Source: Candidatus Hydrogenedentota bacterium (lineage in GTDB: Bacteria > Hydrogenedentota > Hydrogenedentia > Hydrogenedentales > SLHB01). From it: DNA of 64,000 nucleotides. Made by a program: the position numbers and the translations under genes. The DNA lies in the NCBI GenBank assembly GCA_045863295.1, contig BTWA01000013.1, forward strand, positions 32,001-96,000, in the 5' to 3' direction. Positions 51,436 to 61,676 of the stretch are shown here, one piece after another. The stretch's first letter is position 1; every line of letters starts with the position of its first letter. The notes under the pieces were generated by a model. That model was given only the letters and a program-made list of their open reading frames with translations, was not told the DNA's origin and made no database searches.

Positions 51436-52454
51436 GCGGCGCACGGCTGGAGCATCCCGAATGGCTGTGGTTTCTGTGGAGCGTGCCCGTCCTCATTGTT
51501 CTATTCGCGTATTCGGCGGCTCGCCGGAAGAGTGCTCTGCGGGCATACGCCGACGCGGCGCTACTGTACGCGCTGTTGCCGCCCGGCAGTGCCATGAAGC
51601 GGATAGTGAAAGCGGGTTGCCTCGTGGCGGCCGTGGTTCTGATTTCGCTTGCGTTGGCGCGGCCAGTATGGAATCCGCAGCCGGAGACAGTTACGGCGCG
51701 CGGGCGCGATGTCGTATTTCTCCTTGATGTGTCCCGCAGCATGTTGGCCGAAGACTTGAAGCCGAATCGCCTCGAACGGGCCAAACTGGCGATACAGGAC
51801 TGCGTTGAAAGCCTGGACGGCGATCGCGTGGGGCTGGTTGCATTCGCGGGCACCTCGGTGGTCAAATGCCCGCTTACGATGGACTATGGTTTCTTCCGCA
51901 TGATTTTACAGGATGTTTCTCCCGATAGCGTTTCCCGGGGCGGCACGCAAATAGGCGACGCCGTGCGCACGGCAGTCGACAGCGTATTTAACGATGAGAA
52001 CCGCGTGCATCGAGACATCATTCTTATCACCGACGGTGAGGACCACGAGAGCGAACCGGTGAAGGCGGCCGAGGAAGCGGCGGGGAAAGATATCCGCATC
52101 ATTGCGATTGGGCTGGGCGACGATCACCAGGGGGCGCGCATACCCGTGATCGACGAGCAGCAGCGCAAAGGATTCCTCACGCACGAAGGCGTGGAAGTGT
52201 GGTCAAAGCTAAATGGTCAGGCGTTGCGGGATATGGTCGCGGCGACACCCGGCGGGCGCTATTTGAATGTTGCCACAGGCACCTTTGATCTGGGGCAGGT
52301 CTACCGTGATCTCGTGACTTCTGAGGAAAAGAATGAAGAGGTCGAGACCACGTTAGTCCGGTATTCCGAAGGGTTTCAGTGGTTGCTTGGACCGGCATTG
52401 GTCTTCCTACTTATAGAGGGGTTTCTTCGGGATCGGCGGAGGGTCTACCCATGA
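51432..52454 (+). CDS. batB: BatB-like VWA domain protein
   Basis: LDVSRSMLAEDLKPNRLERAK, DRVGLVAFAG, PLTMDY, ITDGEDHE. Confidence 0.88.
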   Translation: MSGARLEHPEWLWFLWSVPVLIVLFAYSAARRKSALRAYADAALLYALLPPGSAMKRIVKAGCLVAAVVLISLALARPVWNPQPETVTARGRDVVFLLDVSRSMLAEDLKPNRLERAKLAIQDCVESLDGDRVGLVAFAGTSVVKCPLTMDYGFFRMILQDVSPDSVSRGGTQIGDAVRTAVDSVFNDENRVHRDIILITDGEDHESEPVKAAEEAAGKDIRIIAIGLGDDHQGARIPVIDEQQRKGFLTHEGVEVWSKLNGQALRDMVAATPGGRYLNVATGTFDLGQVYRDLVTSEEKNEEVETTLVRYSEGFQWLLGPALVFLLIEGFLRDRRRVYP

Positions 52455-53410
52455 AACCCGCGATCCTGCTGTTTTTGTGTATGACCGTAACCCCCTGGAG
52501 TGTGGCCGCAACCATTGCGCAGATTGTCGAGGAAGGCAACGCCGCATTCGAATCGGGCGATTACGATGGCGCACTGAAGCATTACGACGAGGCAATCGAG
52601 TTGGATCCGGAACTTCCCGAGGCGCACTTCAATCGCGGCGCGGCACTCTATAAAAAAGGGGACATGGAAGGCGCGAAATCCGCATTTGAAAACGCGATAG
52701 GACAGTCGCCGTCGGGCGAAGTGGAAGCGCAAAGCCTCTACAATCTTGGAAATGTGCATTTTCAAGAGGCGGTGCAAACGGGGGAACAGGATCCTTCCAA
52801 AGCGATAGGCCATTTGGAGTCCGGCGTCAGGCGATACGAAGAGGCTTTGGAACGCAAACCCTCCATGAGCGAAGCGGCCCAGAATTTGGAACTCAGCCGG
52901 AGAATGATACAGACGCTGCGGGAACTCCAACAGCAACAACCTCCTCCTCAGCAGAATCAACAGCCGGATAAATCCCAATCGGATCAAGACCAGGAAGAAC
53001 AGCAAAGTCAATCCGGGCAGGGCCAACAACAGGAGCAAGACGGCCATCAAGAGGAGGCGGAATCGCAGGATCAGGGCGAAAGCGAAACCCAGCAGCAACC
53101 GGCTGGCACGGAGCAGGAAGAGAGAACCCAGGATTCAGGGCAGGATGCGTCGCAGGGAATGGAACAATCCCAATCAGAGCAGTCGCAGGACAGCCAGCCG
53201 CAACCTCAGAAGAAGGATTCCGATCCTGGCGAAGAGGAAAGACCGGCTGAAGCGCCCGGACAACATGCCGACCAAGGGGACCGTGAAGGTGACCCATCCG
53301 CTTTTTCCGAAGAGGACACCGCCCGCGATATATTGCAGGACGAAAAACGACTGAGACAACGGCGAATTGAGGCTCAGAACCGTTTAGCTCCGGTAGGCAA
53401 GGACTGGTGA
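52451..53410 (+). CDS. BatC-like TPR protein with Q/E-rich low-complexity tail
   Basis: TPRs (FNRGAALYKKG, YNLGN, AAQNLEL) and C-terminal KDW. Confidence 0.85.
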   Translation: MKPAILLFLCMTVTPWSVAATIAQIVEEGNAAFESGDYDGALKHYDEAIELDPELPEAHFNRGAALYKKGDMEGAKSAFENAIGQSPSGEVEAQSLYNLGNVHFQEAVQTGEQDPSKAIGHLESGVRRYEEALERKPSMSEAAQNLELSRRMIQTLRELQQQQPPPQQNQQPDKSQSDQDQEEQQSQSGQGQQQEQDGHQEEAESQDQGESETQQQPAGTEQEERTQDSGQDASQGMEQSQSEQSQDSQPQPQKKDSDPGEEERPAEAPGQHADQGDREGDPSAFSEEDTARDILQDEKRLRQRRIEAQNRLAPVGKDW

Positions 53411-53411
53411 C

Positions 53412-55277
53412 GTGTTTGATATGCGACTTCCATATCGATTGACCGCAGTGTTGATTCCACTGTTGTGCGCGGCATTTCAGAGTCTTGCCCAGGAGGTGTC
53501 GGTCAAGGCAACCGTGGAAAGCGACACGGTATATGTGGGCCAGCCATTCGAGTTGCAGATTGTGGTTGACGGTACAGACGAAGTGGAAGAGCCGGACATT
53601 TCCGCTTTGAGCCAGTTTAGTCCGCAGTTTCGTGGCGGCGAAAACCGCAACAGCCAATCCATCTCCATTGTCAACGGCGACGTTCAAATGAATGTGCAAC
53701 GCGCGTATGTGTTGAGCTACCGCCTTGTGGTGCAATCGCCGGGCCGATATCAAATTCCCGCACTGACCGTAATGGCGGGCGGCAAAGAATTTCAGACGTC
53801 GCCCATTGACCTGGTGGCGGAGCCGCCGACGCAGAGCAGTGCATGCAGATTGGTAGTGTCGCTGAACAAATACCGCTGCTATGTTGGCGAACCATTGCTG
53901 TTGCGAATTACATGGTATATCTCGGAAAACATCGAGGGGTACTCATTTCAACTTCCCATAGCGAATGTCGAAGGTCTATCGTTGGCGGATCTTGAAGTCC
54001 AGCGCGATCCTGCAAAAGGATACGAAGCGTTGCGATTGCCCATCGGCGACGAACTCGCGGAGAAGAGCCAGGGCCGGCTTGACGGCAAGGAATACACCAC
54101 CTATACCGTGTCCAAAGTGGTGTTTCCCAAGGAAGAAGGCGAATTTGACATTCCCGCCTCGACGGTGACGTTTACCATTCAAGGCAGTGCACGGCGCAGC
54201 AATTTCGATCAGTTTTTCCGTGACCCGTTTTTCTCCCGCGATCGCGCCGAGCGGCAGACCGAGGTCTCCTCGTCCGATCCGATTCACCTGGACGTGTTGC
54301 CATTGCCTGCGGCCGGCCGGCCGGCGAACTTCAGCGGATTGGTGGGATCGTACAGTGTGGCCGCGGAAGCGGCGCCGACCGAGGTAAACGTCGGGGATCC
54401 CATGACGTTGACCATCAAGGTAAGTGGTATCCCGTATTTTGGCCACATCGACCTTACGGGATTGAACCAGCAGGAACAGCTTATCCGGGACTTCCGAATT
54501 CCTGCGGAGATGGCCCCCGCGGAAATGACCCCGGATGCAAAAGTATTTCGTCAAACCATCCGCCCGTTGCGTGCCGGCATTGCCGCGGTCCCTCCCATAA
54601 AATTGCCGTATTTCGACAGCAGCGTTGGCGAGTATCGCGTAGCGCAGAGTGAACCGATACCCATAACAGTGTATGAAACCCGCGTTGTCACTACGGCCGA
54701 TATCGAAGGAGACGCGCCGGTGGCCGCAAATCCCGAACCGGCAAGGGAGCCGACACCCATGGCCGAGGGAATCGCCTACAACTATGAAGGTCCGGAATTG
54801 TTGCGCCGTGCGTATTTGCCGCATGAGACGTGGTTGCGAACACCTTTATGGTGGGGAATTCTAACGTTGCCGCCATTGGTGTTTGCCGCCTTGTTGTCAC
54901 TGCGCGTGGCCCGTGCGCGAACGCAGCGCGCCAAGGCCGGCGCGGTAATGTCGCTCAGGGATTTTGAGCAGGCGGCTTTGGCGATGGCAGCAAATTCCGG
55001 CGAGCAACAGTTCTATCAATCGGCCATCGCAATTTGGCGAGATTACCTGGGAGGCAAGTTGTCCGCCCCGGCGCGGACTATGACGGCTGCCGATGCACGG
55101 CCGCTGCTGCGGCAACGTGGCATCGGGCCGGACGTGATTAGCGAGGTGGAAGCGGTATTCGAGGCTTGCGAAGCCGGCCGATTCGCCGGGGCGGATGTTA
55201 CCGATGCCAACAAGGAAGCAATCGTCAATCGCATGATCGCAGCGGCGAAGGCCCTCGAACAAGGTAATAAGTCATGA
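53412..55277 (+). CDS. batD: BatD-like protein
   Basis: SISIVNG, YVGEP, FSGLVG, VGDP.TLTI, PYFD; TM helix near the C-terminus. Confidence 0.85.
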   Translation: MFDMRLPYRLTAVLIPLLCAAFQSLAQEVSVKATVESDTVYVGQPFELQIVVDGTDEVEEPDISALSQFSPQFRGGENRNSQSISIVNGDVQMNVQRAYVLSYRLVVQSPGRYQIPALTVMAGGKEFQTSPIDLVAEPPTQSSACRLVVSLNKYRCYVGEPLLLRITWYISENIEGYSFQLPIANVEGLSLADLEVQRDPAKGYEALRLPIGDELAEKSQGRLDGKEYTTYTVSKVVFPKEEGEFDIPASTVTFTIQGSARRSNFDQFFRDPFFSRDRAERQTEVSSSDPIHLDVLPLPAAGRPANFSGLVGSYSVAAEAAPTEVNVGDPMTLTIKVSGIPYFGHIDLTGLNQQEQLIRDFRIPAEMAPAEMTPDAKVFRQTIRPLRAGIAAVPPIKLPYFDSSVGEYRVAQSEPIPITVYETRVVTTADIEGDAPVAANPEPAREPTPMAEGIAYNYEGPELLRRAYLPHETWLRTPLWWGILTLPPLVFAALLSLRVARARTQRAKAGAVMSLRDFEQAALAMAANSGEQQFYQSAIAIWRDYLGGKLSAPARTMTAADARPLLRQRGIGPDVISEVEAVFEACEAGRFAGADVTDANKEAIVNRMIAAAKALEQGNKS

Positions 55278-56107
55278 AGCCAATGGGTGCCGCGATGACG
55301 ATCAAGCTCTGCGCAGGCCTGGTGACGGCCCTTCTAGTAGGTTTAACGGCGGGCGAGGCGGAACTCCCCGCGCCGGAAGTCAGCCAACTGGTCAATGATG
55401 CCAATGCCGCATTCGCACAGGCGAATGAGGCGGCATCCACCGATCGCGCTGCGGCAATACTCTCTTACGAAAAGGCCATATTGCGGTACGAACGTGCCAT
55501 CAACGAGGGGGAGTTGCGAAACGGCGGAATCTACTATAATCTCGCCAATGCCTATTACTTGAAGGGCGATCTGGGCAGGGCCATTCTCAATTACCGGCGT
55601 GCTGAACAGTATCTTCCGAGCGATAAAAACATTCTGCAAAATCTCGCCGTCGCCCGCGCACAGCGAAAAGATTCATTTGAGACCGGCGAATCCGCCCCGT
55701 TGCGCGACGTGCTTTTGTTCTGGCATTACGGTATCCCGGCGCGTTGGCGCATGATTGGCTTTGCGGGCGCCTGGATTATTTTATGGCTGGCAGCCGCGTC
55801 AAGGGTCAGCCGGAAAAGCGTGGCTATCCACGCCACTATTGCCGTATCGTTGCTGCTTGCCTGTGTGTTGTTCGCCTCTGTGCAATACGAAGCCAGCGCC
55901 GCATCGAATTCACCTGAGGCAGTTGTGCTTTCAGCGGAGACCCGCTTGCGCAAGGGGAACAGCGAGTCGTATCAGCCGGTACTCAACGAACCTTTGTACG
56001 CAGGCACGGAGTGCAAGGTGCTTGAGACGCGGGGTGACTGGATCCGGATCGCGCTGCCCGGGGGCGTGGAAGGATGGCTGACCTCCAGCGCAGTCGAACG
56101 CATCTAG
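55274..56107 (+). CDS. BatE-like TPR/SH3 protein
   Basis: YYNLANAYY..G.LGRAILNYRRA; C-terminal SH3b-like GDWIRIALPGGVEGW. Confidence 0.85.
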   Translation: MKPMGAAMTIKLCAGLVTALLVGLTAGEAELPAPEVSQLVNDANAAFAQANEAASTDRAAAILSYEKAILRYERAINEGELRNGGIYYNLANAYYLKGDLGRAILNYRRAEQYLPSDKNILQNLAVARAQRKDSFETGESAPLRDVLLFWHYGIPARWRMIGFAGAWIILWLAAASRVSRKSVAIHATIAVSLLLACVLFASVQYEASAASNSPEAVVLSAETRLRKGNSESYQPVLNEPLYAGTECKVLETRGDWIRIALPGGVEGWLTSSAVERI

Positions 56108-56182
56108 TCCGCGCCAAGCGTTTCAACGGTTGATTCCCCACCCGCCGCGGCGATATGGTTTTTTCGGCAGGGGGATTCCAAC

Positions 56183-59008
56183 ATGCGCGGAACGCGATTC
56201 ATTCTACTCTCGAGTCTCTTCGTTACCCTTTTGGGTTGCCAGCATGGCGGACTGCCGGCAGGTCCGGATCGATTGCTGGTGGTGGAGTTGCGTTGCGAAG
56301 ACGCCATAGATCCCTTGGGAGTCGATGTGCCCACACCCCGGCTTTCCTGGCACGCGATTCCTGTCACGCAATACAGCCGCGCCAAGCATCAGTCCGCCTA
56401 CCGAATCCTCGTGGCCGAAACGAGGGATGCGCTCAGACGTGGCGAAGGTACGCTTTGGGATTCCGGCCGTACGGCAATGACCGAGTCTCCCCAGATTGAG
56501 TACGGTGGGAAGCCGTTGCAACCCATGCAGGCCGTATACTGGAAAGTGCGCGTTTGGGATGAGAAGGATCGTCCGTCGCCTTGGAGCAAAGTGGGTTGCT
56601 GGGAGACCGGTTTGCTGGCAAACGCAAACTGGAAAGGGCAGTGGATTCAGCGCCACAGCAGGCTCGACGAGTCCAACGAAGAGTCCTTTTTTGAGCCCTT
56701 GCCTGGACCGTTGTTTCGTAAGGCATTCTCCATTGACAAGCCCGTGGAGCAGGCTAGGTTGTATATCACGGGGCTTGGATACTACGAAATCCTCCTGAAT
56801 GGGGAACGGGTGGAGGACCGATTCATTGATCCGGCATGGACTGATTATCGCAAGCGCGTTTTCTATTCCGTGTACGACGTGACCGACGATCTGCGCGCGG
56901 GCGCAAACGTGGCGGGCGCGCGTTTGGGCAACGGGTGGTTTAATCCGCTTCCACTGCGCATGTGGGGGAAGTTCAATCTGCGCGAGGCACTTCTTGTTGG
57001 CGAACCACGAATACTTGGGCAATTCGTGATTGACTACACCGACGGATCGCGTGAAATCATTCCAACGGACACGACATGGCAGTACGGCGACAGCATGGTG
57101 GTTGCTAACAGCGTTTATACAGGAGAGACGCAAGATGCATCCGCTGAGCCTCCGGATTGGCACAAACCCGATTTTGATGCGTCAACGTGGCCCAATGCCC
57201 GTCTAGCCGATGCCCCCGGCGGCATTTTGATGGCCCAACCCCTGCCTCCAATCCGGCGCGTTCGCACGATCGAACCCGTGACCGTGACTGAGCCATCGCC
57301 CGGCGTATACATTGCCGATTTTGGCGAGAACATTACCGGTGTTGCCTCATTGCGGACCGAGGGACCGGCCGGCACGCATGTAAACCTGCGGTATGGTGAA
57401 TTGTTGAATTCCGACGGATCGCTCAACGGATTGACATCCGTCATGGGGCAATTAAAGAACAAGCCCGTGCCCGACGGGTCGAAGCGGCCTTCGACTGCCT
57501 GGCAACAGGACACATTTATCCTGAACGGTGACGGCGAGGAAGAGTTCACGCCCAAGTTCACTTTTCACGGATTCCGGTATGTCGAGATCACTGGATTGCC
57601 GCAGCCGCCGGAAAGGGAAACACTGCGCGCACACGTGATTCACACTGATGTGGAGTCCGCGGGAGAGTTCGAATGTTCCAATGACTTGTTCAACCAGATT
57701 CAGGCAATTACACAGCGTACGTTCACGAACAATCTCATAGGCGTTCAATCCGATTGTCCCCATCGCGAGAAGTTTGGTTATGGCGGCGACATCGTCGCCA
57801 GCAGCGAAGCGTTTATGTTGAATTACGACATGGCCGCCTTCTACCGGAAAACGGTGCATGATTTTGAAGACGCGGTGCGGCCAAACGGAGGATTCACCGA
57901 AACCGCGCCGTTTGTGGGCATCGCCGACGAGGGATTGGGAGAGGGTTCCGGTCCGGTCGGTTGGGGCACGGTGCATCCTCTCTTGTTGTGGCAGTTGCGC
58001 CAGTACTACGGCGAAACCAGTCTCATCGACGAACAGTACGACCATGCAAAACGCTGGGTGGAATTGCTCGCGGCGAATGCGCCCGAGTTCATCCTGGACA
58101 ACGGCATTGGCGATCATGAAAGTCTGGTGGAAAAGCCGCGGCCGCTGACCGGCACGGCGTTCTTGTGGTACAACGCGTGGATTCTGGCTCGACTGGCTGA
58201 GACGATTGGCAAGAACGAGGACGCAATCCGGTTCGACACGCTTGCCGGTTCCGTGCGCGACGCGTTCAACCGCCGATTCCTCGAGCCCGGCACCGGAAAA
58301 TACTTTTCAGGAACGCAGGCATGCCAGGCGTTCGCGCTTTACTTCAATCACGTGCCGGATGCGGAAGTGCCCTATGCGCTATGGCAGTTGGTGCAGGATA
58401 TCCTCGTTACACACAACGGCCACCTGAGTACTGGCATCTTCGGCACGAAATACATGCTCGACGCACTGACACGCTACGGCCGGCACGATGTCGCCACCTT
58501 CGTCGTCAATCAGCGAGACTTCCCGGGTTGGGGCCACATGATCGAGAACGGCGCAACCACGCTCTGGGAGCATTGGGAATACAGCGACAACACCTTTTCT
58601 CACAATCATCCCATGTTTGGATCCGTCAGCGAATGGTTCATCAAGCACTGTGCCGGCATGCGCCCCGCCGACGATGCCTTGGGCTTCAACAAGATCATCA
58701 TTCATCCCCAAATGCGCGGCTCTGGCCTGACCCATGCGGAGGCCCGTTACAACTCCGTACGCGGTCCCGTCCGATCGGCTTGGAGGCTGGACGGCCGGAA
58801 CCTCACGCTCGAGGTGACTATCCCTGTCGATGCCACGGCCGAGGTGCACATGCCCGTTTCGCTGAACACGCAGGTATATGAGAAAAGCCGCCGCGTGGAA
58901 GAGGCACGAGGAGTGGAAATCGTTTCACGCGAGGACCGGTGGGAGGTCTATAAGGTTGGTTCGGGAAGGTATGAATTTCACGTCGAAGGTCTGCGCGATC
59001 TAAAGTGA
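56183..59008 (+). CDS. alpha-L-rhamnosidase (GH78), probable lipoprotein
   Basis: LLGC lipobox; PRLSW, DFGEN, FTFHGFRYVE, DCPHREKFGYGGD, GATTLWEHW, SHNHPMFG. Confidence 0.92.
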   Translation: MRGTRFILLSSLFVTLLGCQHGGLPAGPDRLLVVELRCEDAIDPLGVDVPTPRLSWHAIPVTQYSRAKHQSAYRILVAETRDALRRGEGTLWDSGRTAMTESPQIEYGGKPLQPMQAVYWKVRVWDEKDRPSPWSKVGCWETGLLANANWKGQWIQRHSRLDESNEESFFEPLPGPLFRKAFSIDKPVEQARLYITGLGYYEILLNGERVEDRFIDPAWTDYRKRVFYSVYDVTDDLRAGANVAGARLGNGWFNPLPLRMWGKFNLREALLVGEPRILGQFVIDYTDGSREIIPTDTTWQYGDSMVVANSVYTGETQDASAEPPDWHKPDFDASTWPNARLADAPGGILMAQPLPPIRRVRTIEPVTVTEPSPGVYIADFGENITGVASLRTEGPAGTHVNLRYGELLNSDGSLNGLTSVMGQLKNKPVPDGSKRPSTAWQQDTFILNGDGEEEFTPKFTFHGFRYVEITGLPQPPERETLRAHVIHTDVESAGEFECSNDLFNQIQAITQRTFTNNLIGVQSDCPHREKFGYGGDIVASSEAFMLNYDMAAFYRKTVHDFEDAVRPNGGFTETAPFVGIADEGLGEGSGPVGWGTVHPLLLWQLRQYYGETSLIDEQYDHAKRWVELLAANAPEFILDNGIGDHESLVEKPRPLTGTAFLWYNAWILARLAETIGKNEDAIRFDTLAGSVRDAFNRRFLEPGTGKYFSGTQACQAFALYFNHVPDAEVPYALWQLVQDILVTHNGHLSTGIFGTKYMLDALTRYGRHDVATFVVNQRDFPGWGHMIENGATTLWEHWEYSDNTFSHNHPMFGSVSEWFIKHCAGMRPADDALGFNKIIIHPQMRGSGLTHAEARYNSVRGPVRSAWRLDGRNLTLEVTIPVDATAEVHMPVSLNTQVYEKSRRVEEARGVEIVSREDRWEVYKVGSGRYEFHVEGLRDLK

Positions 59009-61096
59009 ATCGTCTTCCTTGTCGCCATATTTTACGGCGATCTCCTGGAACTCGTTTTCGAGAGCGAGGAAGGCGTCGAGCACATCGGGGTCAAAATGTT
59101 TGCCCCGGCCTTCTTTCAGGATATTCGCTGCCTTTTCATGGGGCATGGGCGGTTTGTAGCAGCGCAGCGAAGTCAACGCGTCGTACACGTCCGCCAGCGC
59201 CATGATGCGTCCACACATCGGGATCGCCTCTCCTGCGAGTCCTTGCGGGTAACCTGTGCCGTCCCATTTTTCATGGTGGGTCAGGGCAATTTCACATGCC
59301 ATACGCAGGAAGGGAATCCGTTCGCTTGCGCCGCTCGCGATTTCCGCGCGCTTCAAAACCTCATACCCGTGGGTCGTATGCTGTTTCATTTGCTCGAATT
59401 CTTCGTCGGTCAACTTGCCGGGTTTCAGCAATATGTGATCGGGCACCCCCACCTTGCCGATATCGTGCAGAGGCGCGCATCGCGGCATCAGTTCCACATC
59501 GTCTTTTGTGAGCACCCGGCGGAATTTCTTTTGTCGCGCGAGATAATCGGCCAGTTCCTTCACATACCGTTGTGTGCGAATGATATGCCGGCCCGTTTCC
59601 GGGTCGCGCGTTTCGGCAAGCGCCGTCAATCCGCTAATGGCATAGCTCTGCGCGGCGGATAGATCCCGTGCCCGCCGGTATGCCTGTTTCTCCTCGAGCC
59701 TGAACCGGATGATCGAAAGCAAGACAAAGCTCGAAGCAAGCGCCGCCATCATCGGCACTGGGGGAAGGTAGAGTCCATAGTTGGCCAAGGTGTATTGGGA
59801 GCCAAACCAGATGGCCGCCATGCCCACGAGAAAGCCCACACGGCTTATCACGAGCGGCAACGCCGCGACTGAAACCGCCGTGAACAGGCAGAGCAGCAAC
59901 ACCGCCACCACCTCGGCTTGACGCGTCCAGCCGGGCTGATTCAAGTAATCGCCCTGCAACATGTTGTTTACGGCGATCGCGTGCAATTCGACGCCCGGCA
60001 CAGCCCGCGAGAACGGCGTTGCATGCACGTCGCGAAGCGAGACCGCCGACGATCCCACCAGGACGATCTTGCCCGCCAAGTCACTCCTGGACACGTTACC
60101 GGACAGCACATCCGAGGCAGAAACATACGGCGCGTGCCGCATCGAGCCGGAGTAACGTAACAGGAGATTGCCGTGCGCGTCGGTGGGTATTTCCCGGCGT
60201 CCCGCGCGAATACATTGGACTCCCAGCGGTGAACATACGATATCGTAGTTCGACACTCCGGTGGATCGAAGCAGCAGCGCCAACGCAAGCGACGGATACA
60301 CCTGGCCGTCGTATTGGATGACCAGCGGCATTCGGCGGAGTTTATTGTCGAGATCCGGCAGCGCGTTCAAAAATCCCGTGCCGTCGACGGCCGCCGCAAT
60401 TTCATCCGTGGGACACAACGCGTGGCTTGCTTCCAGGATATAGTCTTTGCTCGTGCCTTGTCCGCCCACGATACGGCCTATAGCCAAAGGAGGCGGACAG
60501 GCGCCTTTCCGTGGAAGCTCGTCGCCGAATGAAAGCCACATGCATGTTATCGCGGCTGAACGATGGATCGAATTTGCGAGAAGGGCGTCATTGTCCAACT
60601 GTTCCGGCGAAAGGGGACCAAAATCGAGTTCCATGCCGTGATCGCGGCGGTAGGTCTCTGCGATGGCGGCCAGGGATTTTCCGTCTGGTTCCGCGAGCAC
60701 GATGTCCAAACCGATGCCCGCAGCTTCGAGCTCCCGTATGGAGTCAATCAAACGCGCGAGTTTGTAGCGTGGCCATGGCCACTGGCCTTCTTGTTTCAGG
60801 CTGGCTTCGTCGATGTCTACAATGACTGCGTTGGATACCGGCGGCTCGCGGTCGATCGAACGCAACAATACGTCGTATCCGATCAGATCCAAGTCTCGCA
60901 ACGCGATAGGCCTGACAATAGCGATCAGTGTAAAGGCCAATGCCGCCGCCACGCCCCACAGCAACACGCTAAAGCGGACACGTCCAGTTCGTGCGCCGGT
61001 CGAATCCAAGGCTGACCTTGACCGAGAATGTTTCATGCCTGTTGAAACGCCTGTGACTGATGCGCCGGCCAGCTTCTTACCGGACAACCACTTCAA
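59000..61096 (-). CDS. CHASE2-domain HD-GYP phosphodiesterase
   Basis: IVDIDEASL..GQWPWPR (CHASE2), PGVELHA, 3 TM helices, RDPETGRH, HDIGK, HHEKWDGTGYP, ADVYDAL; alternative start at 61036. Confidence 0.92.
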   Translation of the reverse strand: MKWLSGKKLAGASVTGVSTGMKHSRSRSALDSTGARTGRVRFSVLLWGVAAALAFTLIAIVRPIALRDLDLIGYDVLLRSIDREPPVSNAVIVDIDEASLKQEGQWPWPRYKLARLIDSIRELEAAGIGLDIVLAEPDGKSLAAIAETYRRDHGMELDFGPLSPEQLDNDALLANSIHRSAAITCMWLSFGDELPRKGACPPPLAIGRIVGGQGTSKDYILEASHALCPTDEIAAAVDGTGFLNALPDLDNKLRRMPLVIQYDGQVYPSLALALLLRSTGVSNYDIVCSPLGVQCIRAGRREIPTDAHGNLLLRYSGSMRHAPYVSASDVLSGNVSRSDLAGKIVLVGSSAVSLRDVHATPFSRAVPGVELHAIAVNNMLQGDYLNQPGWTRQAEVVAVLLLCLFTAVSVAALPLVISRVGFLVGMAAIWFGSQYTLANYGLYLPPVPMMAALASSFVLLSIIRFRLEEKQAYRRARDLSAAQSYAISGLTALAETRDPETGRHIIRTQRYVKELADYLARQKKFRRVLTKDDVELMPRCAPLHDIGKVGVPDHILLKPGKLTDEEFEQMKQHTTHGYEVLKRAEIASGASERIPFLRMACEIALTHHEKWDGTGYPQGLAGEAIPMCGRIMALADVYDALTSLRCYKPPMPHEKAANILKEGRGKHFDPDVLDAFLALENEFQEIAVKYGDKEDDSL

Positions 61097-61676
61097 CCCG
61101 GCGATTTAATGGCTCCGCGACCCCGTCTTCCGTGGGCACAAGCGGGTTGTTTTCGCCATGTGACTCCACCAGGATGTCCCCGGGGCGCACCCCCGACGAC
61201 ACCAAGGCTTCCTTGATGAAGCGCGCGCGCTGGAGCGACAGCTCAATGTTGAATGCGTCTTCGCCCTTGCGGTCCGCGTGCCCAATGACGCTCAGGTCAC
61301 GCGAATTCCGCGCGGCCACTTCCCGCATGATTTCCGCTACCAACGGTTGCGACGCCGCATTGAGGGACGTGGACCCCTCCTCGAAATAGAGGAGAAAACT
61401 CCTCGGTGGATCCGGTTGTGCCTGAATGCCTTGGTAGAATAGCGTTTCGACTTGTTCTTCCGGCATCGGCAGCACTTCGGTGAACGACGTTTCGCTGTTC
61501 TTCACCCACGTGCTGTCCCGGTCCTTCGCCAACACAGCCGTGCCCGTCTTGTTCGTGATTGTCGCTTCGCCCACCTTGCCGGTCGGATCCGGCACCAATA
61601 CAAACGCGCTCAACTCTTTTGCACACCCCGTAAGAGCGACCACGGCCAGCAGTACAATCCAGTTTGCCCGCCTCAT
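61077..61676 (-). CDS. OmpA-family lipoprotein
   Basis: LTGC lipobox; GHADRKG, NIELSLQRA, SHGE, NRRVEV. Confidence 0.9.
   Translation of the reverse strand: MRRANWIVLLAVVALTGCAKELSAFVLVPDPTGKVGEATITNKTGTAVLAKDRDSTWVKNSETSFTEVLPMPEEQVETLFYQGIQAQPDPPRSFLLYFEEGSTSLNAASQPLVAEIMREVAARNSRDLSVIGHADRKGEDAFNIELSLQRARFIKEALVSSGVRPGDILVESHGENNPLVPTEDGVAEPLNRRVEVVVR

Noticed and set aside
52925..53290. CAG/CAA/GAG-rich repetitive DNA
   Set aside because: It is the Q/E-rich linker of the BatC-like protein, not a CRISPR or tandem array.
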